The notes under the pieces are model-generated. The model saw only the letters and a program-made list of their open reading frames with translations. It did not search any database and was not told where the DNA came from. A DNA stretch of 64,000 nucleotides, from positions 186,001 through 250,000 of the IMG/VR virus record IMGVR_UViG_3300047445_000186; one strand, 5' to 3'. The position numbers and the translations under genes were made by a program. Below are positions 44,390-52,132 of this stretch, one piece after another; positions within the stretch are counted from its first letter, which is position 1, and the number at the start of each line of letters is the position of its first letter.

Positions 44390-44410
44390 TGTAACGATTT
44401 CGGTTACAAT
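44390..44410 (+). promoter_or_regulatory. TGTAAC-N7-GTTACAAT promoter/operator
   Basis: Inverted repeat overlapping TACAAT, upstream of the isomerase gene. Confidence 0.6.
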
Positions 44411-44438
44411 TACATGCATAGCTTACTGGGAGACATGC

Positions 44439-45179
44439 ATGTCAACAAACCTCGCACTTCAGTGCATTGAACGTCAAATCGAAGCGCTTCGTGCGCTTCC
44501 CACCCTCGTCGAAACCTCGGAGGAATACAAGAAGATCGTCACGATCGTCACTGAGGTCGCGTTGAGCGAGCACGGAGCTCGTGTCCTGCTTGCCGGCGTC
44601 GGCAAGAACTCGAACATCGCGTCCAAGGTCAGTCAGACCATGGCCAGCCTCGGCATTCCGTCGATGCCGTTGAATGTCTCGCACCTTGGTCACGGCGACT
44701 ACGGCTTCATTGGGAAGTACGATGTGATCATTCACATCAGCCGTTCTGGCATGACCCGTGAAATGCTGGAAGGGATCGAGCACATCTCGCTCATTCGCCC
44801 ATTCGTGACGCAAATCCTGATTCACTGCAAGGCCGGCAAGGTCAAGAACGAGCATGCCGAGATTGAGCTCTTCCTGCCTGATGTCCTCGAAGGCGATGAG
44901 CATGGTCTTGCACCAACAACCTCGACGACCGCGCTGCTCTGCATTCTGGATTGCATCTCGGTTCAAGCATCGGCGAACATCGAGTTCGAACGTCTGGACT
45001 TCCTGAAGTTCCACCCTGATGGCGCACTCGGCGAAATGCTGAAGGCCGAGAAGGCGAAGAAGGTTCACACTGATATTTCGGCCGCCGTTCCTGTCGAAGG
45101 CGTGCCAATCAATGATCCAGCGATCGCAGCATTGGTCACTCCTGAATCCGCTGAAGCAGCACGAAAGTTGGTTGTATGA
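44439..45179 (+). CDS. kdsD: SIS-domain D-arabinose-5-phosphate isomerase (KdsD/GutQ-like, no CBS pair)
   Basis: GVGKNSNIASK, HGDYGFI, ISRSGMTRE, APTTSTT and FHPDGALG. Confidence 0.85.
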   Translation: MSTNLALQCIERQIEALRALPTLVETSEEYKKIVTIVTEVALSEHGARVLLAGVGKNSNIASKVSQTMASLGIPSMPLNVSHLGHGDYGFIGKYDVIIHISRSGMTREMLEGIEHISLIRPFVTQILIHCKAGKVKNEHAEIELFLPDVLEGDEHGLAPTTSTTALLCILDCISVQASANIEFERLDFLKFHPDGALGEMLKAEKAKKVHTDISAAVPVEGVPINDPAIAALVTPESAEAARKLVV

Positions 45180-45337
45180 ACGTCGTAAACATTGGCCTCA
45201 AGACCTTTGACGACGCGGGCCTGGATTGGGATGCGTTCGTGTCGCTGAAACACGAGAATGGAAACACTGAAGACATCCGCCTCACTGAACTTATTGAACG
45301 GATCGTAGAGCGGAAGATCAAGGAAAAACAAGAATGA
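45176..45337 (+). CDS. Hypothetical protein (53 aa)
   Basis: ATGA overlaps with both kdsD and the NTP transferase gene. Confidence 0.6.
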   Translation: MNVVNIGLKTFDDAGLDWDAFVSLKHENGNTEDIRLTELIERIVERKIKEKQE

Positions 45338-46944
45338 ATATCGTGATTGTTGCGGGTGGGCTTGGTTCCCGCCTCGCTCCACTGACAAACAACGTGCCGA
45401 AGTTCCTCGTGAACATCGGGAAGAACACGGGGTATGTGGAGCAAGTTCGGTACTGGGCGAAGCAAATTGATTTTTCTCCGTTCAGCGAAACAAATGACAC
45501 GCTCACCGTGATCGTTCACAGCGCGTACGAAGCTCTGATCAATGCGTACCACAAGGTGTACTTCCCGAACATTCCGCTGATCGTGCAAACGGTTGACGTG
45601 GCGAACGGCTCTGCACACGCGATCTTGAGTACATGTCGTCATTTGAACGGCAAGCCAGTGGTCTTCCAGTGGTGCGACGTTATGCCTGCCGTTCCGCTTC
45701 CAGATTTCGACAAGGAACAGAACGCGATCTTCACGAACTACGATCACTCAAATCGCTATGGCCTTTCGTATGCGAAGACTCCAGGCGGTGGGTGCATTCC
45801 TACACCTCAGCCGGATGGCAAGGGTGGTGTGTTCGGCATGTACTACATCGCGAACTTCCACACGAGTGTGACGTCCCATGATGGTGAAGACTTCGTTGAC
45901 GTGATCACCCAGTACGGCAAGATCCAAGAAGTGAAGCTTGATGGCATCATCGACTGGGGCGACATGCCTAAGCTGAATCAGACCCGTGATACGGCTGATG
46001 CCGCACGTGAGTTCAACAGCATCTCGGTCCAAGGGAACTTGGTCATGAAGTCCGCGCTGAACAAGCAGGGCGAAACGCTGATCGCTCGTGAGATCAATTG
46101 GTACCGCAAGGTCCACAAGGATGGGTACGGCGTTTCGATCCCTGAGATCTGGCCAGCAGATGACGGCAAGAGCTTCATCATGGACAAGGTCGAAGGCGAG
46201 CCGATCTTCAAGGTCTGGCCTGCACTTGATCCTCAAGGACGTGGAATCGTTCTGCGGAAGATCTTCGAGCAGCTCGATCGCCTCCATGACGATGGTGATC
46301 TGTTCGCCGTAGGGACTGACACTGTTCTGCGTGACGTGAAGATCGAAGCTTGTGACAAGCTCCTTGCTCGCTATCGCGAAATCAAGGACGTGATCAAGGC
46401 GTTCGGCCCTATCACGCACGTGAACGGTCTGTACATCGGCGATCTGAATCCAGAGGTCACGATCCACAAGCTGTACGCACGTCTGCACGAGCACTATGCT
46501 GGCACAGAAGATTACAGCATGATCCACGGTGATCTGCAGATGTCGAACAGCATGATCGATACCAGCAATCTCGAAGTGTCGTTCATCGACCCACGCGGTT
46601 ATTTCGGCAAGAGCGAGCTCATGGGTCTGCCAGATTACGACATCGCGAAGGTTTACTACAGCCTGAGCGGGTACGATCTGTTTAACTACAGCCGCGATTT
46701 CCACATCAAGGAACTCGCTGACGGACATCTGGAGTTCGAGATTCCGAAGCCGAATCTCGATGGATGCGAAGACGTGATGGGTGAGCGATTCTGGCACCAA
46801 CATCGCCTGTGGCTCGCGGTGATCTGGATCGGTCTTGCAGGGTACATCAAGAACGACCCGGTGAAATCACTGTGCGCGCACTACCACGGCCTCGCGATCG
46901 CGGAACAAATCTTCCGCGACACGTTCGATCCGTTCAAGCCATGA
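45334..46944 (+). CDS. Bifunctional sugar nucleotidyltransferase + APH/choline-kinase-family kinase
   Basis: N-terminal VAGGLGSRLAPLT...PKFLV and WCD; C-terminal IHGDLQMSN, FIDPRG and YDIAK. Confidence 0.85.
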   Translation: MNIVIVAGGLGSRLAPLTNNVPKFLVNIGKNTGYVEQVRYWAKQIDFSPFSETNDTLTVIVHSAYEALINAYHKVYFPNIPLIVQTVDVANGSAHAILSTCRHLNGKPVVFQWCDVMPAVPLPDFDKEQNAIFTNYDHSNRYGLSYAKTPGGGCIPTPQPDGKGGVFGMYYIANFHTSVTSHDGEDFVDVITQYGKIQEVKLDGIIDWGDMPKLNQTRDTADAAREFNSISVQGNLVMKSALNKQGETLIAREINWYRKVHKDGYGVSIPEIWPADDGKSFIMDKVEGEPIFKVWPALDPQGRGIVLRKIFEQLDRLHDDGDLFAVGTDTVLRDVKIEACDKLLARYREIKDVIKAFGPITHVNGLYIGDLNPEVTIHKLYARLHEHYAGTEDYSMIHGDLQMSNSMIDTSNLEVSFIDPRGYFGKSELMGLPDYDIAKVYYSLSGYDLFNYSRDFHIKELADGHLEFEIPKPNLDGCEDVMGERFWHQHRLWLAVIWIGLAGYIKNDPVKSLCAHYHGLAIAEQIFRDTFDPFKP

Positions 46945-47171
46945 ACGAAGGCACGTTCAGTGCCGAAGATTTGGTAGCGTGCTATGCGCCGCCAAATCTT
47001 CGCTCAGTAATGCCTGGGAACAAAGTGATGCTCCGCTCTGGCGGGCCAGAGATGATCGTTACTGGCGTTGACGCCGGTGGCTACGCAATTTGCGTGTGGC
47101 CAAATGACGCTGGGATCCTACAGCGCCGAGCATTCGCTCTCGAATGCTTGACTTGTTATGGTGCTAAGTAA
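46941..47171 (+). CDS. YodC/DUF2158-like protein
   Basis: VMLRSGGPEMIV...ICVW. Confidence 0.7.
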   Translation: MNEGTFSAEDLVACYAPPNLRSVMPGNKVMLRSGGPEMIVTGVDAGGYAICVWPNDAGILQRRAFALECLTCYGAK

Positions 47172-47224
47172 GGCGCTTGCCACCGCGAAGCCACCACAAC
47201 CAAAGGTTCCAACCGTGTGCCATA

Positions 47225-47773
47225 TCAGACCTTGATCTCTTTGCCGTTGCAGTAGTACATCTTTGCATCAGGCTTAACCGTCTGCGTTCCGCGCTCTACC
47301 ACAATCCCGTGTTCTTCGATGAACTTGAAGAACTCGGGCGTCAGGTCACGAGCGCGAAGCCCGTAGAAGTGGAACTGCACTGGCATTGGAATCTGGCCAT
47401 TGATTGCAGCGAACGCATCTGAACGAGCGCGGCCTTCATGGCCCTTGACCTTCACGGCTTCAGGAGCTTCTGGCTCTCCTTCGATGTCCAAGATCAGAAA
47501 TGGCGCGCCGATCGCCTTCCCATCACGCATCTTCTGCTCGAGGTTCTTCGCGTCATCGGCGCGATCCGCTTCCAACGCAAGCTTGCGGAACGTGTTCGGC
47601 TTCATCCAAGCCACGCAGCCGCGGTACATCACGTTCGCGTTATTAGGCGTTGCGCCCAGACCATCCACATTGTCGAACGTCGTATTTCCAACGTTGTAAA
47701 CGCCGTCCACGTTGTTCGGCGACGGCAGGGATTCGTTCAGGTTCGAGACTTCTTGGAGCAGTTTCATGATCAT
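47225..47773 (-). CDS. Hypothetical protein, possible ParB/Srx-like domain
   Basis: APFL...GHEGRAR motif; TAAATA at 47792-47797. Confidence 0.5.
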   Translation of the reverse strand: MIMKLLQEVSNLNESLPSPNNVDGVYNVGNTTFDNVDGLGATPNNANVMYRGCVAWMKPNTFRKLALEADRADDAKNLEQKMRDGKAIGAPFLILDIEGEPEAPEAVKVKGHEGRARSDAFAAINGQIPMPVQFHFYGLRARDLTPEFFKFIEEHGIVVERGTQTVKPDAKMYYCNGKEIKV

Positions 47774-47859
47774 GCAAGGTATGTGAACCCGTATTTACGC
47801 TGCCAGAACGAGGTTACGCGATGTACGATTCACCATCGCATCACTAACCTGGAGACAAA

Positions 47860-48141
47860 ATGCGTTCTGGCAGTTTTGGTTACCGTGAAAATGGCGGCTC
47901 GAAGGTCACAAAGGCCTCGCTGCAAGAAGGAATCTTCTCGATGGATTTCATCAGCACGCTGCAGCACCAGCCGCTGGACATCGCGAAACAGGTCTGTCTC
48001 GAGCGAATCGACAATTCGACCGCCACGCCCGAGAACAAGATGAAGGCGCAACAAGCGGTCACGAAGGCAGCCAGCCTGAAGAATCTTCTCCTCACGACTT
48101 CGAACTTCAGCCTCGCGCATCAAGGCATGAAAGTTCTGTAA
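47860..48141 (+). CDS. Hypothetical protein
   Basis: TG-TACGAT box and RBS TGGAG upstream. Confidence 0.65.
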   Translation: MRSGSFGYRENGGSKVTKASLQEGIFSMDFISTLQHQPLDIAKQVCLERIDNSTATPENKMKAQQAVTKAASLKNLLLTTSNFSLAHQGMKVL

Positions 48142-48186
48142 CGGTTACCGACTCGTTACAGAGTCGGCCCAGGTTTGGTGTACAAT
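48137..48186 (+). promoter_or_regulatory. TGTAAC-N12-GTTACA-N20-TACAAT promoter, copy 3
   Basis: GTTACA 48155-48160, TG-TACAAT 48181-48186. Confidence 0.7.
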
Positions 48187-48214
48187 GCACCATCGCATCA
48201 AACCTGGAGCTTGA

Positions 48215-48439
48215 ATGCCGCGAACGCAAGACGAACTCTCGGCTGCTTTTGACCTCGTCAAGAACAGCACGCACTGGAAGAAGCCGATCAACGCACGTGT
48301 CGCCCTGACGGATGAGCAGGTCGACGCCGTGCACGAAGCCGTGATCCACTTCACTGGCTCGATCGCCACGATCACGAACCTCCCGAACGGCAAGCGCCAC
48401 GTCCGCGCCGCCGGGTACTACGCCACGATCGGAGCTTGA
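48215..48439 (+). CDS. Hypothetical protein
   Basis: RBS TGGAG; C-terminal VRAAGYYATIG. Confidence 0.7.
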   Translation: MPRTQDELSAAFDLVKNSTHWKKPINARVALTDEQVDAVHEAVIHFTGSIATITNLPNGKRHVRAAGYYATIGA

Positions 48440-48440
48440 C

Positions 48441-48728
48441 ATGCTGAAGTTCAAACTGGGCCAGCGCGTCGTCGCGACCCGCACGATCCACAAAGGCGCC
48501 GTTGGCACGATCGCGATGATCCCCTCCTCGCTGCGCGAAGGCAAACGCTGGGTGTACGTCCAGCGCGATGATCGCGTGTCGCCGACCTGGTTCTTCGAGG
48601 ACGAGCTCGAGGCGACGACCGAGCGCGTTCAAGACCTTCGCGCTCGCCTTGCCGTGATGCAGAACGACCCCACGCACGCCTTGATGGCGACCACCATTTC
48701 CAAACTGATCGGAGAACCGAATGTCTGA
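48441..48728 (+). CDS. Hypothetical protein, SH3/KOW-like
   Basis: FKLGQRVV...KGAVGTI. Confidence 0.6.
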   Translation: MLKFKLGQRVVATRTIHKGAVGTIAMIPSSLREGKRWVYVQRDDRVSPTWFFEDELEATTERVQDLRARLAVMQNDPTHALMATTISKLIGEPNV

Positions 48729-49017
48729 CTTCCACATCGACCTCGATTTCGTGCTCGAAGAAACGCGGAACAAGATGAACCGCGTGTGCGTCCAAGGCGA
48801 GCTGCGCGCGGAGCTGAAGAAGCGCGCGATCACGAGCCGCGTTCTCCAGGAGAACGGCCCGGCCGGCGGGAACCCGCTCGTTCGTTTGTACGGCACGCGC
48901 CGCGCGCTCGAGACGTACGTTCGTGAAGAGTACTGCAAGGAAAACGGGGCCGAAGACGCCGAGTTCCACATCGGGTTCATCAAGCGAAACGAGGGTCGCA
49001 GCCATGGCCAAGTCTAA
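48721..49017 (+). CDS. Hypothetical protein
   Basis: RBS GGAG; contains GPAGGNP. Confidence 0.65.
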   Translation: MSDFHIDLDFVLEETRNKMNRVCVQGELRAELKKRAITSRVLQENGPAGGNPLVRLYGTRRALETYVREEYCKENGAEDAEFHIGFIKRNEGRSHGQV

Positions 49018-49276
49018 GTTGCTCAGCATCAACGACGTCTGGGACGCTCGTCGTGTCTCGAAGTACCTCGGGCCCATGCTGGTCGATCTCGAAGATTCGA
49101 TTATGAAGACCCCGACGGGGCCGGCCCGCGACGTCCTGACCGAGGCGAACATCCTCGTGATGCAGGCCCAGGCGCTCCTTCACGCGTTCGATGGGCGATG
49201 CGTGAAGGAGCACTACCAGCGCACGCCAGAAGATTGGGCGGCCGAGCTCCCAAAGGACGGAGGGCATGATGCCTGA
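49004..49276 (+). CDS. Hypothetical protein
   Basis: RBS GAGGG; overlaps both neighbours. Confidence 0.6.
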   Translation: MAKSKLLSINDVWDARRVSKYLGPMLVDLEDSIMKTPTGPARDVLTEANILVMQAQALLHAFDGRCVKEHYQRTPEDWAAELPKDGGHDA

Positions 49277-50132
49277 AGGACCTGAAGTGAAACGGATCGC
49301 GGCGGGCCTCGAGTCCCTCCAAGGGAAGACGATCGCAAGCGGGCAAGTCGTGTCGGGCCGTTATCTGCGCGGCCAAGAGATCACGTTCGAGACGATCATC
49401 GGCGCGAAGGTCGAGCGCGTGATCTGCAAGGGGAAGCTGATCGCGTTTCACTTGAAGGGTGCCGAGGGGCCGCTGGCGATCTTGAGCACGATGGGGATGA
49501 TGGGCCGTTGGATCGTCTTGACCGAGGCGAACAGCGACTTGGATGCGCACCGTCGTGTCGAGCTCACGTTCGATGACGGCACAATCGCCGCGTTCTTCGA
49601 CCCTCGGAATTTCGGCACGTTCAAGATCGTGTCGTACGCCGAGATGAAGCGGAAAATGCAGGAGCTCGGCCCCGACATCCTCACGGCGCCAGGGCACTGG
49701 CATGCAATCGCCCTGCCCGAGTTCTACGAGCGCGTTCGCCGATTTGGCAAGGATCTCTCGCTTGCCGAAGGGCTTCTGGACCAACGAATCTGCTCTGGCT
49801 GTGGGAACTACATCAGGGCCGACGCGATGTGGCTGGCGCGCTTCTCGCCCAAACGGCGCATGTCCGAGATGACTGACGCCGATCTGAAGCGGATCTGGAT
49901 CGCGATGCATGAAATCGCGATCGCGGCGGCCGAGAACAAGGTCCCACCACTGCACATGGACGGCGAAGGGCATCACAGCGCTCTGATCCAGATCTCGAAA
50001 GAGATCAGCGCCGTCGGCGAATTCTTCAACCTCGCTTATGGCCAGCCCGAAACTGCAAGTGGCGGTATGATCGAGTCTTACAAGGACTCGAATGGTCGCA
50101 CGGTGTGGTGGTGCCCCAAGGAACAGAAATGA
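49269..50132 (+). CDS. Fpg/Nei-family DNA glycosylase/AP lyase
   Basis: N-terminal MPEGPEV, KGK, MGMMG and H2TH LLDQRICSGCGNYIRADAMW; no four-Cys zinc finger. Confidence 0.9.
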   Translation: MPEGPEVKRIAAGLESLQGKTIASGQVVSGRYLRGQEITFETIIGAKVERVICKGKLIAFHLKGAEGPLAILSTMGMMGRWIVLTEANSDLDAHRRVELTFDDGTIAAFFDPRNFGTFKIVSYAEMKRKMQELGPDILTAPGHWHAIALPEFYERVRRFGKDLSLAEGLLDQRICSGCGNYIRADAMWLARFSPKRRMSEMTDADLKRIWIAMHEIAIAAAENKVPPLHMDGEGHHSALIQISKEISAVGEFFNLAYGQPETASGGMIESYKDSNGRTVWWCPKEQK

Positions 50133-50326
50133 AAATCGACAATCTCTCGAAAATCCTCGCAGTTATCACCGCTGCTGGCAAAGGTGAGCACACGATCTGC
50201 GCCGAGCATGACGCAATCTTCTTGTTGCCGTCAGATGAAATCGAAGAAGACAGCGTCGCTGGGAAACAGCTCATCGAGCTTGACTGTTTTTACGACGAAA
50301 GCTCGGGCTGGGCGGTCTTCGTATGA
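50129..50326 (+). CDS. Hypothetical protein
   Basis: ATGA overlaps. Confidence 0.6.
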   Translation: MKIDNLSKILAVITAAGKGEHTICAEHDAIFLLPSDEIEEDSVAGKQLIELDCFYDESSGWAVFV

Positions 50327-50592
50327 GCGTGTGGTTCGGCGGCTGTAGCAGCCCTCCAATGGAGGACCCGAATGAGTACGATGTCGTGCTCACCAAGATC
50401 ACGGCTGAAGATCGATTCAAGGTCTGGTGGCGAGTGCGCTATCTCACGCTCCTCGATGGAGTGAGCGCGAAACGGCTGATCGACAATCTGCCGCAGACGT
50501 TGAAGACACACGTGACAGATTGGCGAGCTGAAAGCATTCGTCAAGAATTTGCCGAGGTTGGTGGGATAATCGAAGTGAAGCGATCAAAATGA
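50323..50592 (+). CDS. Ribosomal protein bL12 (L7/L12) C-terminal-domain homolog
   Basis: EYDVVL...VRYLTLLDGVSAKRLIDNLPQTLKTHVTDWRAESIRQEFAEVGGIIEVK is colinear with the bL12 CTD (EFDVIL...EAGAEVEVK). Confidence 0.7.
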   Translation: MSVWFGGCSSPPMEDPNEYDVVLTKITAEDRFKVWWRVRYLTLLDGVSAKRLIDNLPQTLKTHVTDWRAESIRQEFAEVGGIIEVKRSK

Positions 50593-50990
50593 AGAAGTGC
50601 AAACACATCACCGCGTGGACGGACTACCCTTTCGTCGAACTCGGCGATACTGCGGGTGAGCTCGCGCCGATTCGCCACGTGAACGTGATCTCATACGATG
50701 GTGACAAGTACGTCACGGTCTCGTTCGAAGATAACGGGTCGCATCTCGAAGTCAAGGCCGGGTACCTGTACCAGAAGGCCACTCGATACGGCGGCTCGAA
50801 GCAGATCAGCACGCTGAAACTCGCACGCATGGGCGATGGCAAGGTCTATCGCCACCATGTTCGCTGGGAGCGCGAGTTCGCGAGACGTGAACGGCAGTTC
50901 ATGCAACATTGCCGTGAAACGCCGTGGTGCGAAGATGACGTGCATCTCGTGACCGCAACCGACCCAATCGCCATCTACGAAGGAGCGTGA
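50589..50990 (+). CDS. Hypothetical protein
   Basis: Coupled ORF. Confidence 0.6.
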   Translation: MKKCKHITAWTDYPFVELGDTAGELAPIRHVNVISYDGDKYVTVSFEDNGSHLEVKAGYLYQKATRYGGSKQISTLKLARMGDGKVYRHHVRWEREFARRERQFMQHCRETPWCEDDVHLVTATDPIAIYEGA

Positions 50991-51250
50991 TGTTCTCACC
51001 AATAGAAAAAGAAATCTTCGCCAAAATCCTCAGCGAGGCAGAAGATGCAATGAGCAACAACGGGTGCAATGACTTCGAGGTCAAAGTCACACGAAAGAAC
51101 AAAGCTGATCTGTTGGTCTTCATCAATGAGATGTGTCCGAACAGCGACGAGGAAGAGCGCCTGGTTGAACAGGTCGAAACCGGCACCGTGTACTTCGTCG
51201 ACTGGTTGCTACTCGCGTACCTGAAGCACAAGATTCTGAACACGAAATGA
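50987..51250 (+). CDS. Hypothetical protein
   Basis: Coupled ORF. Confidence 0.6.
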   Translation: MMFSPIEKEIFAKILSEAEDAMSNNGCNDFEVKVTRKNKADLLVFINEMCPNSDEEERLVEQVETGTVYFVDWLLLAYLKHKILNTK

Positions 51251-51459
51251 GCACTCCACGCTTTACAATCGAGGTCGAGTGGCAAGTGCTCGCGACCCAA
51301 AAGGCCGTGCTCGTTGTCACTGACCAGCAGGACATGCTGAATCAACTTGCTGCGCACGACGCGCAGATTCGCAGCACTGCGCTAGTGACCAAGGCGAAAC
51401 GTGACAAGCACGGAAAGTACGAATTCCATGAACTGAGCAAGGACTGGGACCTGCCATGA
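51247..51459 (+). CDS. Hypothetical protein
   Basis: Coupled ORF. Confidence 0.55.
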   Translation: MSTPRFTIEVEWQVLATQKAVLVVTDQQDMLNQLAAHDAQIRSTALVTKAKRDKHGKYEFHELSKDWDLP

Positions 51460-51641
51460 GCCGCGGAACCGGCGTTCTGACGCTGAACACGATGTGGCCC
51501 GATGATTTCGGGAACGTGTACGTGCAGTACATTCCTCTGTGTGTGGACGACTTCGGCAATCAGTGGGCGGAGCGCTGGGTTTTCGGCGACTGGTGGGGAT
51601 CGCGTTATTACTTCTTTACAGGAGAGCCAGATGGAGATTGA
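51456..51641 (+). CDS. Hypothetical protein with an internal DDFGN repeat
   Basis: PDDFGNVY and VDDFGNQW. Confidence 0.5.
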   Translation: MSRGTGVLTLNTMWPDDFGNVYVQYIPLCVDDFGNQWAERWVFGDWWGSRYYFFTGEPDGD

Positions 51642-52092
51642 AGACTTCTACACGTACCTGTACAACGGTGCGGCGGCCGTAGTTGCTGACAAGACGGAGC
51701 ACGTGCCGATGATGTTCGCCCTGCTTGACTCAGGTGGAATCGCGGTCATACCGACTCCAGGCATGACGAAATCACAGATGGAATCGTTTCAAGAGTACCT
51801 TGTGCAGCAGCCGCCAATTCGAGCGGCTGCTCTGGTATTCGAAGCGTACGGAGTTCGCGTTCAACATCCTGAGGAGCTCCCTCGGAACACGAGCATCGCA
51901 AATCACCCAGGCAGATTCGAAGCGGTCGTGATCAGCATTCTCACGCATGGCCGTCAGGCATTCATTCAATGCGAGATCGATCGCACGAATGACACACTCG
52001 CGAAAGCACCGTTCAAGTGGATGAACGAGAAAGGTGGTGGTCCAGTCGGGGTTGGTCGCTTCATTCGAGGTTCAGGATTGAATGGCTCATGA
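51631..52092 (+). CDS. Hypothetical protein
   Basis: RBS AGGAG before MEIEDFY. Confidence 0.65.
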   Translation: MEIEDFYTYLYNGAAAVVADKTEHVPMMFALLDSGGIAVIPTPGMTKSQMESFQEYLVQQPPIRAAALVFEAYGVRVQHPEELPRNTSIANHPGRFEAVVISILTHGRQAFIQCEIDRTNDTLAKAPFKWMNEKGGGPVGVGRFIRGSGLNGS

Positions 52093-52132
52093 AGCACGAT
52101 AGAATAGCGACTGAATTTCATCCGAAAGCTAC

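Noticed and set aside
44439-45179. KdsD as an auxiliary gene for Kdo/LPS synthesis
   Set aside because: No kdsA, kdsB or kdsC homolog is visible, the CBS domains are missing, and the gene is coupled to an NTP-transferase/kinase with a promoter motif shared with DNA-modification genes. This reading is disfavoured, not excluded.
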